This document shows, in pieces, positions 27,076 through 37,701 of a stretch of DNA of 64,000 nt. Each line of letters starts with the position of its first letter. The first letter of the stretch is position 1. This DNA is from Lama guanicoe (lineage: Eukaryota), in NCBI GenBank assembly GCA_013239625.1, contig MU054391.1, positions 5,663,824-5,727,823 of the forward strand. Reading direction: 5' to 3'. The notes beneath the pieces were generated by a model. It was not told the DNA's origin. It saw only the letters and a program-made list of their open reading frames with translations, and did not search any database. The translations under genes were made by a program, and so were the position numbers.

Positions 27076-30000
27076 CCACATGCAGGATCCTGTGTGCCAC
27101 ATGTACTGTTTACGTGGAGAAATGTATATGCAGGTCTGTAATGTCTAGGACATCTCTGGCAGGCTGCACGAGAATTGAGGAGCAGTGCCAACAGAAAAGG
27201 GAGAAAGACTTTCTTTCCATTGTAAGCCTGTGTACTTTAAAGATGTTGTACTGTGTACATGCATCATCTAGTCCAAAAAATAAATTAAAAATAAAAGTGG
27301 AAATTAAGACACGGTAATGGATGAGATTACCTAGAGTGAGGGTTTAAAAGGGATAAAAGAAGAGGGCTTGGAAGCAGATCTGAAGAGACCCAGTATCTAG
27401 AGGAAGAAGAAAGAAGAACCAGCCAATAAACTGGGGCTGACCAGAGGAACCTGAGGGGCTCCCCGGAAGTCAGTCAAGTGTCGGGTGGGGCAGAATGTTC
27501 AGATGGGAGAGGACAGAGGCTTGTCCATAGGGTGGGGCACCGTGAAGGTCACTGGCGACCTCAACAAGAGGCAGGCTTGGTGTGGAAGTGAGGTCTCCAA
27601 AGAGTGAATAGGAGATAAGGCAGCAGAGGTACATGCCTGGGCAACACTTTCTGACGTTTGCCTTGAAGGGGACTAGAGTGGGAAGGCAGCTAGAGAGGGA
27701 TTTTTTTTAATTGACGTATAATTGATTTACTATATTGTGTTTGTTTCAGGTCTAAGCCTGAATCTGAGACTTGCAGCTAGTCAAGAACCAGCTTTGGCTC
27801 CAAAAGATCTGCTTATCTCTGTAAGGGTCTAATATAGCCAGAAGGCTCTTGGAAACCTGTCTTTGGAAAGAGAAACCTTTAAATTAGAGCTGAAGTTCAG
27901 TGAAGCTTGTGCTGAAGCAGAACCTGTCATCTGAAGCCTGGGCTTGCTTTTTCATTTTTCATTTTAAATGAGGGTGTTTATGCAAATTTGTCAGGAAGGT
28001 TTAAAAATCTTGACTTGCCCTGGAGCCAAACTCTGCTTTCCTAATTGGATGGGGAGGAATTGTTAAAGCTCATGACCAACATTCTTCTCCAAATTGTATG
28101 TTTGACAAGAGCTGCTCTTGAAAACATATAATTCTGATGTTGTGAAACCATTGCATCAATGCAGAGATTTGAAAAAAATGGAAAAATTCTCTCCGGAAAC
28201 CGAAGGGGTTGTTTTTCGAGGCTGTAACCGTCTGGAATTCTGTCTGGATGTTATGGGGAAGGATACACAGGCATTTGTGGGTTGATTTCTCAATAATACA
28301 GGAAAGTCGGTAATGGGGCGGGACTTAAAGGAGAAAAGGGCTCAGACTCGGAGACCTGGTCACACTCTGCCCCAGGCCTCTGAGCTGCTTGAGGCCAGTC
28401 TTTGAAGCTTGCAGGGCCTCAGTTTCCTCGACTGTAAAATGAGAAGGTTGGGTGAGATGCCTCTGGGGAACTTGAGTTACTGATGAACTTACTTCTCGGG
28501 GCCTCCCTTCCCCACCTGGTAGGCGATGGGGTTGAACCAGATGACTCAGGGAACGCCTGGTCCTAAAATTCCATCTTCTCTGAAGTTTTCTGATTGTCAT
28601 TGGATGAGCCCCAACCCCCAGGAGGCGTTGCTGGGCAGTCACCTCCGTGAAGTCTTTCTTCCCAAGGTTAGTAGAATATTTCCTCAACTAACCGCTCTTG
28701 GTTTGGGTCCTTCCAAGTCAGAAATAAAGAAGGATTTAAGGACTTTTCATTTTGCCCTTGCAGAGTCGGTCACAGTGTTTACACATTTTAAACTGACTGA
28801 TCCACAGGAGAGAGTGTGGGGTGAAGAGCAGGGTCACATTCTTCCTCCTTTGCCTTGAGACGGTATGAACTATTGGGACTCCTCGGACGACCAGAAACTT
28901 CTCTACGACTGGACGTGGGTGAGTTGAGAGTCCAGGGCTGGACCACGGCGACCGGCTGCTGCTGCAGGACTGTACATTGCTGTCTTCTCCTGTGGTCCTA
29001 GGAAGCCTCCTCCCCCAAGTCCAGGACCAGATGAGGGCCCCACCGCTGGCGCAGCAGCTCTTGGTGACTCTCCTGCGGTGGCTTCTGCCACCAGAAGAGC
29101 TTCTCACTATTCAGTTTCCTCTGATTCGCAGTGGGGGGTGGTGTCTCGGGAATCAGAAACTTTCCCCTCTGCTGCCCGCTTCTCTTCTAGTCTACTTTGC
29201 ATCTGTGTTTGTACTCCATGGCCAGAGGATTGCTCTCAGGGCCACTGGGGCCCCTGGAAACCAAGGCTTTTTTGTTTGGGCCCCAACCCCCTATTTTGGC
29301 TCCCATTCAGCGCTGGCTAACCCCACCCCAACCCAGCTTCATAGTATCCCGAGTCTGCTCATGGGAGCAGCTTGTGTGACGATCTCTGCTCCTGTCTGAC
29401 CTTATCTGACCCTCCCTTGCTGCCTCCTCGCTCAGGGAACCAGTCTTGACCAGCGGTACCTGCATCTGATGCACGCCCAGCGCTGGCCCCTGCTACTCCT
29501 GACGGGTCGCTCCTGCGCTGCCCCTGACTCAGCGCCCTGCCTCGCCAGCGCCTGGCTTCCTGCCCTGGCTTCCAAGATCTGCTTCTCTTCTGCCTGGACG
29601 GACACCCGGTCCCGACCCCTCTCTGAACAGACGCAGCCTTCTGTTGGGTACTTGGCTCTGTGTGTCTTCCGTATGTGAGTGTCCCTAAAGCTCTGGGTAA
29701 TAGTCAACTTCCTACTACCTTGGGGTTCCTGAGGCCCTGCAGGCGGCACCCACTCAGTGCCAGGCACCCTGCTAGGGGGTTGACATATTGACCCAGTTCT
29801 TATTCGCAGAGGAACTGCATGAGGCAGGTGATGTTACTCCAGTTCACGGATGGACGAGGAAATGGGGGCTTAGTGATAAGCGACTCACCCAAGCTCATCT
29901 AACTGAGAAGTAGCAGAATGTGCGACCTCCTGCATGTGATGAGTAAGCCTGAAACTGTCTAGAAACTGTAGGGAGAAAGGGACACCATTGTGGGTCTCAG

Positions 30001-33000
30001 ACAGAGGCAATGAGAATGCATCCTTTTCATTCCAAGTCTGATATTCACTGCATACAGACACAGACAGGACGCTTAGACCTCGCAGGATGACTGTGGGGAT
30101 TGAAGCCTTGACCTTGAGGTTGAAGGACTGAGCTCATATTAGGCTAGCTGGGCACGTGGAGACCCTAACCGGCCGTTGGGCTATGCTGGCTACAGAACCC
30201 TTAGTGGCTCAGGAAGGCAAGGGGAAGGAACCACTTGAAGTAGCATCATTCCTGGAGAGAACTCTGCCTCCCCTGTGGAACCCTCATCTAGGGGTGGCGA
30301 GCAGGGGTCCAGCAACTTTCCACTTGAGAAGCTCATTCGATCTTCTTTACCATTTCTATACACGCAGCCCACATGCATACATTCCTTCAGTCTAGGAAGT
30401 CGTGGACACAGCTGCTACTGACTGATACCCACTATGTGCTCAGTGCTTACTGTGTCAAGAGGTTTTCAGCTATAAAAACAGAAAAGGCTCAAAATGGCTT
30501 GCAATAATAATGGCTAAGACAGTAACCGTTTTAATCCTAGCAACATTCTCATAAAGTAGATAGAGTAATTATCCCCATGCCCATTTTACAGATGAGGAGA
30601 CAAAGACAAGAGAAGTGAACATGCTGAAAATCATAAGTGGCAGAGCCTGGATCTGGTAGTCTAGCCTGGAACCTTTGCCCTTGACTACCACTCTACTATG
30701 TATTGAACCATAGGATTGGGTTCTCTCACTTAACAAGATGTCCCAAGGCAGGGACATTCCAAGGGCAATTAATTCTACAGCTCAACTTTGTCACCATGGA
30801 CTGGAGTTCTTTTCATCTTTGTGCTCTGCTTTTTGGCCTTTTTGTTCAGTACTATCCCTTATGTCACAATATGGCTGCAGCAGCTCCAAGTATCACGTCT
30901 TCACCCAACAACGCCCAAAGGCCAGAAAAAGAGAAAATCCCTTCCTTATGTTTCTTTTTAAGATGAAGGAAACTTTCCCCAAATTCCCCCAGAGGCTTCC
31001 TGTCATGGCCACTTAGCCAGAATGAAACTGCATGCTCATTCACAAACTACTCACTGAAAGGAAATGGGCTTGCCATAACTGGTTTAGACCAATCAAGACC
31101 CACCCCGATTGAGCTGGGAAGGGGCACTGCTTCTCCTGAAGCACAGGGATGCCTGAGAACCTGAATAAAGCTGGCTTCTGGTTTGTTGGCAGAGAAGGGG
31201 AACCAGAGGTGTGTGGGCCTGCCACATGCACCACCTTTCTCATTCTCATCATAACCTTACTATCATTTTATAAATAAGGAAACTAAGACTCAAAGGAAAC
31301 GAGTTGGTTGGCCAAGGTCAGCTGCTAGTGACCAATAGTTCTGCATCTTCAGGGCATCCTTGTCAGCCCAGCTCAGCTGGAGGAAAGCCTCCTTTCCCAT
31401 CCTCGATCAACTGCACTAAAAGATTCATGGTCCTGTCAGATGGCTCTCACTGTCCCTTTCCAGTGGCTGCATCTCTGACAACAGTTTAATGACCACAGGA
31501 ATTCTTGCATGCTGTTTGCTCTCCCTGCAAGGCATGGGGAGGCCCCCTAGAGGAGCAGCGGGGGGCAAGACAGGTTCTCCCGCCCCTCTTCTGGTGGGGG
31601 TGCAGTCAGGAAGCACAGCGGGGTTTTCTCTTATCTGCCTGCTTGTTCTGTTGATCAGAGATAAGTCTGGGTCCCATTCCAGAAAGCCCCTGCGGAGAGG
31701 CGGCCCCAGGGCCTGCTTTTACAGACCCAACTCCTCCTGCTCCTTTCTGATTCTCTTAGAAATGCGACACCTTTGATTTTCTGAGCCCCAGGAAGGGATC
31801 AGCCCTGTCACTAACCCATAAGCCCCTTCCTTCTGAAGGGGGGGCCAGCTCTCACACAAGGGCTCCCTCTCCCTGTCCCGAGCTCGGAGCTGTGGGCTCT
31901 GCTGTTTGTGCCCATGTGGGTGCCATCTGGGACCATTCCCCAGGCGAAGTGTGTGCAGAGGAAGTTGAGGCAGCCCGAACGCTAGCCAGGCCTATGGGAC
32001 CAGGCAGCTGTTTCTCTGCACAGATGACTGACACCACTGAGAAAGTCCTGGGACCCGTTGTCCAGGCACAAATGTGGTGGCAGGTCAGGAAAAGCATGCT
32101 TCTTTCCTGGAAACAAGCAAGGACACAGACCCTGATTTTCCTCTTCCCTCTATTTGTGTATTTTTCACACCTCCTTCCATCCACCCATCCATCCATCCAT
32201 CCAACAGGTACGCAGCTCTTACTCTCTAGGGGGAGACACTCCTCGACCACTGAGTGTTGAAGGTTTTAACTGCCCTGAGGGTGTTCGTGTTTGAGCTAGG
32301 GTCTCTCCAAAATGAATACACAAATATGCACAATTTAATGATGGTCCCTCCAGCATCGGCCAAAGTGAAGCCAGGCATTATTTTTAAGAAGGGGCTCTGC
32401 CTTTCCAGTTTTTTCTAAGTCTCTTAAGGGTCAATCAGATTACCCCCTGTTCCTGGGGGCCTCAAACACCTGCTTCTGAGCTGCAGACCTCAGGAGAGGC
32501 TAGTGATCTCAGCCTCCAAAGGGGCCCCTGGGAAGTCACAGGTGAGTGCTGAAAGATGGGGTGAGGGCGATGGCAGTGGGTAGCCAGTCCAGCTGGCTGT
32601 GGGCTTCCTGTTGAGCTGTACAGGCTGCGTGGGGTATCCACAGGGGCCTGAGTTAGTTGGGGGCTGCTTAGGAACCTTAAATGTGCCACAGGAATAGCTG
32701 CTCTCCTGGGGCAAATGGCCTCGGAGGGAGCCTCCAGGACCGGAGAGTCACGGAGGCGGGTCTGGACCTGCCTGGGGACTCAGCAGGACTACAGTACCAA
32801 GACGCTTAGCTTCTGGCTGGGTGGCACCTGGTGGTGGGTGACGTGTTTGCCACCAAGTTCTCTTCTCTTGATTCTCAGCCATGACTGCAGGATTGGAATA
32901 GTTCCAAGCCTGGCTCTGTACTTATGATTATTTTAAACACATCTGTAGAAGCTGTCGTGTTTTTAAAAAAGATAGCCCTTTAAAGGCATTGCTAGATTTA

Positions 33001-33529
33001 TAATGGCTTTTCCGCCTCACACATTTTCTCAGGTGATGGAAACTAAAAGCATAATCATCATTGCGTGGAGCTTTGTTGTAAAACACTGTTATAAAATGTC
33101 TCAAAAGGGTCTCCATGCTCAAAATGCAAGGAGCCTGTCCCACCAGAGACTGATGCCCTCTGCGACCCCCCACCGTGGCAGGAGGCCTTTCAGGCTGGGA
33201 GACCTTTCTCCAAGGCAGCCGCTGTGCTGTGAGCTCTGGCTGTCGGAAAGCCGGAAGTCGCATTGGGCCTGACCGCATCCCTGTCACTATCCGGGAGAGT
33301 CCCATCCTCCCTCCGGGATCGCACCTTTCCCCTGCCATGATTTTTTTGCCCCCCACAAAGCAATACTTACTTTTATTATGTGCTATGCATTCTATTTCCT
33401 TAAAAATAAATGAAGATTATGAAGCAGGGCAATTAATAGGTTGTACATTTTCAGTAGGTTAGAATTAGATATGTACCACATTTGAATGTGCAAGACTGCT
33501 TTTTATTGTTTTAAATTAAAATACATGAC

Positions 33530-33659
33530 ACCTTGATTTTTAGCCAATAAGACCTGTTGCCGACTTCCAACCTACAGAACTAAAAGAGAATAAAATTGTG
33601 TTGTCTTAAGGCACTAAATGTGCGGTCATTTGTTACAGCAGCAAAAAGACACTAATACA
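33530..33659 (+). mobile_element. MLT1 LTR 3' portion
   Basis: caccttgatttttagcc..gacttccaacctacagaact..aataaa..tttgttacagcagcaa..ctaataca. Confidence 0.8.
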
Positions 33660-34604
33660 AGCACCCAAGAACCTTGGGTTTCTTAGTTGGCTCTGGGAAA
33701 GGGACATGGTTGAAGGACAGGAGTGAAAAGGTATATAGGGAAAGAGTATACTATTTGAATTTTTGAGCTCTGTGAATGTGCTATTTTAACATAAAGAAAA
33801 TGCTTTGAGTATTTGGAGATCCCCTGCTGTGATCTTCAGGGTCACTCCCCTAGCTCACCATGGACCTCCACTCGCTGCGAGGTTCCTGTCTTTACTTTGC
33901 AGCAGAAGAAAGGATCAAAGAGGGAGCCAGTAGAGACCCTCATGAATCCAGAAACATCTCCTGGTCCCCACACCCTGGGGAGACTGTGTGTCCCTTTTCT
34001 CCCTCCCCACTCTCTTCCTGACCCCTCCTGTCCCGTGGAAAGCAGCGTGGCGCAGGAGAAAGACATAGAACTCAGAATCAGAAGACTTTGAATTCCTTTC
34101 TACCACTCACGAGCTTCGAAACTCTGGGCAAATTCCTTCACCTGTGACCCTCCGTTTCTTTATCCCAAAATGAGATTAGCACTCCTCTTTCACAGGGCTT
34201 TCGTAGGGCTTAGGTGCATGGTACTTAGTAAGTGCTGCGTAAATATTAGATAAACCTGGATCCTATTAAAAGTTCATAATGTTTACCTTTGGGAGAATTT
34301 ACACTGAGAAGTGCACTTAGCAGATGTGAAATTCATATTTCCTCTGGCCAGAGAGCACCTGAAGGAGAAGAAAATGATCACAAATACATTATGTAGCAAA
34401 TGGTATTCTCTGATCTGCCCTCACCGGAAGGTCCCCCAAGGACCCCTCTGTTACTTCCAGAGGTCCTTAAAGATGTCTGCCTATGCCTGGATGTGCTGGT
34501 AACCCTGTCTGCAAGTGATAGATGGTACGTGGCCAGGCTCTCCTGGATATGCAGGGCTGCTGGGGGAGGAGGGGTGAGAAATCAGAGGCTGGTTTGATCC
34601 ACCA

Positions 34605-35410
34605 TTTATTCTCCCCCACAGTTTCTGAAGGTCAGGAATTCGGCAGTGGCTGAGCTGGGTGGTTCTGGCTCAGGGTCTCTTGTGAGGTTGCAGTCAAGCT
34701 ATTGGCTAGATCTGTGTCATCGAAAGCCTTGAAAGAGCTTGAGGACCTGAGACAGGTGGGAAGAGGGCAGGGCACAACCACTGAAGGAATAAGACAGCAG
34801 CTGAAGACAAGACAAACTGGTTAGAACCAAGATGGCAGAAGATTTGACTTCCAGTCGACCTTGAGCCCCATGAGACACCCACAGGGGCCGTGACAGCTCC
34901 TAGGCTGCCCATAAAAGGTCAAAAAGTGGTTCCTGATTCCTGGAAATTCCTGCCCCTTCCCCAAAATTGTCGGAATAATCCTCCTACTCGTTAGCATACG
35001 GAATTACTGAGCCCATAAAAACGAACAGCCCTGCACCTCGCAGTCCCTCCCTTGCCTCCTGAGACGGCCCTTGCTCTACATGAGTGTGTGTCTACTTTTA
35101 TTTTAAACTAACCCCCCCATGCGTCTCGGTCTCCCTCCCTCTTGCCTTTAGAGACAGCCTGCGTCCTGCCTGCGGAGTGCGCACCTCCTAAGCCGCTCGC
35201 CCTTCAGAGTGAGACGTACTTCACTCTGTCTGTGGAGTGCGCATCTCCCTGAATAAACTTGCTTTCACTTCACTATGCTATGCCTCGCTCTTGAATTCTT
35301 TCCTGAGCGGGACAAGAACCTGTTTTCCAGCAGCAGACCCACCTCCAAGAGGGCTTCCTCACCTGGCTGTTGGCTGGAGTCCTCTGCTCCTTACTGGCTA
35401 TTGGCTGGGG
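34605..35410 (-). mobile_element. Old MLT1 LTR split by the ERV1 LTR
   Basis: ggtcaggaattcggcagtggctgagctgggtggttctggctcagggtctct..gaggttgcagtcaag before 34748; resumes cacctccaag..ctcacctggctgttggctgg after 35335. Confidence 0.7.
34748..35335 (+). mobile_element. MER41-like ERV1 solo LTR with 4-bp TSD
   Basis: TGAGACAGG...CA; TSD GACC at 34744-47 and 35336-39; ccaagatggc, ttagcata, cccataaaaa, three internal degenerate repeats, AATAAActtgcttt, ctcgctcttgaattctttcctg. Confidence 0.85.
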
Positions 35411-37484
35411 ACCTCTAGGGATCCTTCTGGGCACCTGCAGACTCCACGTAGGGTCTCTTCAGGGCAAATCACCTCTACTGCCCACGTGGGAAAGGAAGGG
35501 GCTGATGCTCCCCGCCGCTGTTAGCTCCGCAAACGGCTTCTTTGTGGCTTTGCTGCTGTTGTCTTTTCTCTGACCGTTGTGTTTGGACTGGGCTGGTGAC
35601 TCAGCATCTGGGCCTTGATGGGCTGGAAGTGGGTCCCCCTTACTCTCTGTTTCTGGAGAAATAGCGGCTGGGAATTCCCTGAATGTGTGTCAGGATCTAA
35701 TTTTACTGGGGAAAATCCTATGAAATTCTGTATGTGCATGTGAAAGCAGAGAGGGGAGCTTATCTCCCCGGCCTAAATCCACCTCCCTTGTCCTCTCCCT
35801 GCTTCAGAGGCAGCTCAGCCAATGGACGTCGACCTACAGAGGGAAGGAGGGCACAGTTATTGAGCACTTACATGCATCTCTCCATTTATTCCTCCTAGCA
35901 AGTCTGGGAGGTGGTTTCCTGTCCCCATTTAACAGATGAGAAAATGAGGCTCCAAGACTTTACGGGACTTACTCCAGATAAGCCTGTCTGCAAATGATAG
36001 AGCTAGGACTTGGCCTGTAAGCCTGTATCACAGCGTTCTCACTGCCTCTGTGCTGGGCACAGAGGCGAATGCGGGGTGATCTTGGTGACGCACAGGCATC
36101 TGGGAATCAGACGAGGCAGCTCAGAGCAAGGGGGGCCGATTAGTGGCATCAAAAAAGGAGCCTTGGAAATTCAAAGCAAGCGATTGCTTTCATCTTGGGT
36201 GGTCCAAGAAGTCTTCCTCGATCTGGGTCATGACAGAGATTCACACTTGGGGACAGGACGTAGAAAGAAAGCTGTGAGGCTGAGCATAGGGGGCTGGAGG
36301 CACTGAGAAGGCCTGTAGACAGATCAAGGGAGGGGGAGGGGACCAGGGAGAGAGAAGGCTGGTGGCTGGGGATGGGGGCCAGCTTGACTGCCAAATTGAG
36401 CCGTTCACACTCATCTTAGCAGGTTATTGGGGAAACACCAAAGGCTCTTGAGGAGCAGGAGTGATACAGTAAGACTTGCACTTTAAGGAGTGAATTGGGA
36501 GCTGGAGGATGAGTTACGGGGTGGCAGGCCTGGGGCCGGGAAAGCTGGTTAGGAAGCCATTGCAACTGTTCAGGTGAGAAATGCTGAGGGCCTGAAATAA
36601 GGTGGTGGAGTCAGGGCAGGAAGGGTAGTGTGCAGAGGGTCGGGGCAGAAGCCGGACGGCTGATTGTACGTGGGGGTGGGGCTGGGAGGACCAGGAAGAA
36701 GTCACCGGAGGCTGAGGTGACCAGCCACATGGATTTAGGGTGGCCGTGTGGAGGTCTCTGTTCACTGGTTCCTCAGGTCCCACAGGCCCCGCAGGTCCCG
36801 CAGGGAAGCCAGGTTGGCCTGTGATGCAGACTCTGGAGCCCAAGCTCCCCCCGGCGACTCCTGGTTCTGAGGAGAGACCAGCCCCTCCTTGCCCCATGCC
36901 TGCTCTATGGTTTTTTCCTCTTCTGACAATTCAGCCCGTAAGCGGTAGGAGCAGATGCTCTGGCCGCAAGCTGGAGCCGTGAAGCTAATTGTGGTTGCAC
37001 AGAATGACCTGCCTCAGACAAGGGGAAGCATTGCGTCAGTTTATGGGAGATGATCTGAACAGTGGCCGGCACATTTTCTCTTCCTGTCCAAATGGCCGAT
37101 CACACTGAGTTTTCTATAAAAGAAAGGGTGGCAGAGGGTAATGGTCCAGTTTCCAGATGCAAGAGCCCAACTACCTGGGCCCAAATCCCAGTTGCTCACC
37201 AGGAGACTTTGGGCAATTTACTTAATCTCTCTGTCCCTCAGTTTCTTCATCTGTAAAATGGAAATGATACTGCTACCCACTTCAAAGCATCGTTGAGGTT
37301 AAGTGGGTTAAACCATGAAGGCTACTAGTGCCTGGGATGTAGTTGGCACTTAATGAATAGGTGTTGAATGGATCCATGTTTTAGAAGGAAGCTTCCCAAA
37401 GAGGAAAGCTAGCAGTGTGTTTGTTTCCTCTCTTTCTCGCCAAGTTCACATCCACACTGTCCCTACATTCTGCAGCCTCCACAG

Positions 37485-37701
37485 CAGTGGTGTTCAACCC
37501 AGAGCCGTTTGCCCTCCAGGGGACCCTCAGCCATGTCTGGGGACATGTTTGCCCCTCATGACTTTGTTGGGGGGAGGTCGGCGTTAGTGGCATCTGGTGG
37601 GTGGAGGCCAGGGGTGCTGCTGACCCCTTCCAGCACACGGGGCACCCCACCAGGAAGTTATTCAGCTCGAAATGTCAGTAGCACCCCTGGTGAGAAACCC
37701 G
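37485..37701. mobile_element. MER20 hAT element
   Basis: cagtggtgttcaacc..ttgccctccagggga..catgtctggggacat..tggcatctggtgggtggaggccaggg..aaatgtcagtag..tgagaaaccc. Confidence 0.85.

Larger units (their letters stand above)
24678..30215 (+). pseudogene. Candidate decayed multi-exon gene, product not recognised (exon-like 24678-24822, 28110-28309, 28586-28666, 28764-28918, 29436-29674, 30037-~30215)
   Basis: Polypyrimidine-AG acceptors (ttttcattttgcccttgcag; cctcccttgctgcctcctcgctcag), GTGAGT/GTTAGT donors, long protein-like frames broken by isolated stops, and compatible phases at most junctions. Confidence 0.55.

Noticed and set aside
28200..28300. VFRG..LEF resemblance to ecto-ADP-ribosyltransferases
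   Set aside because: Only a 4-residue motif; the STS and catalytic Glu motifs were not seen.
29219..29270. Gly-X-Y run GAPGNQG (also PGPPGPP near 50510)
   Set aside because: Too short and lacking convincing splice sites; chance level.
28283..29626. Selenoprotein reading of the in-frame TGA codons
   Set aside because: TAA/TAG stops and a phase break also occur, no SECIS was recognised, and CGA-to-TGA decay is simpler.
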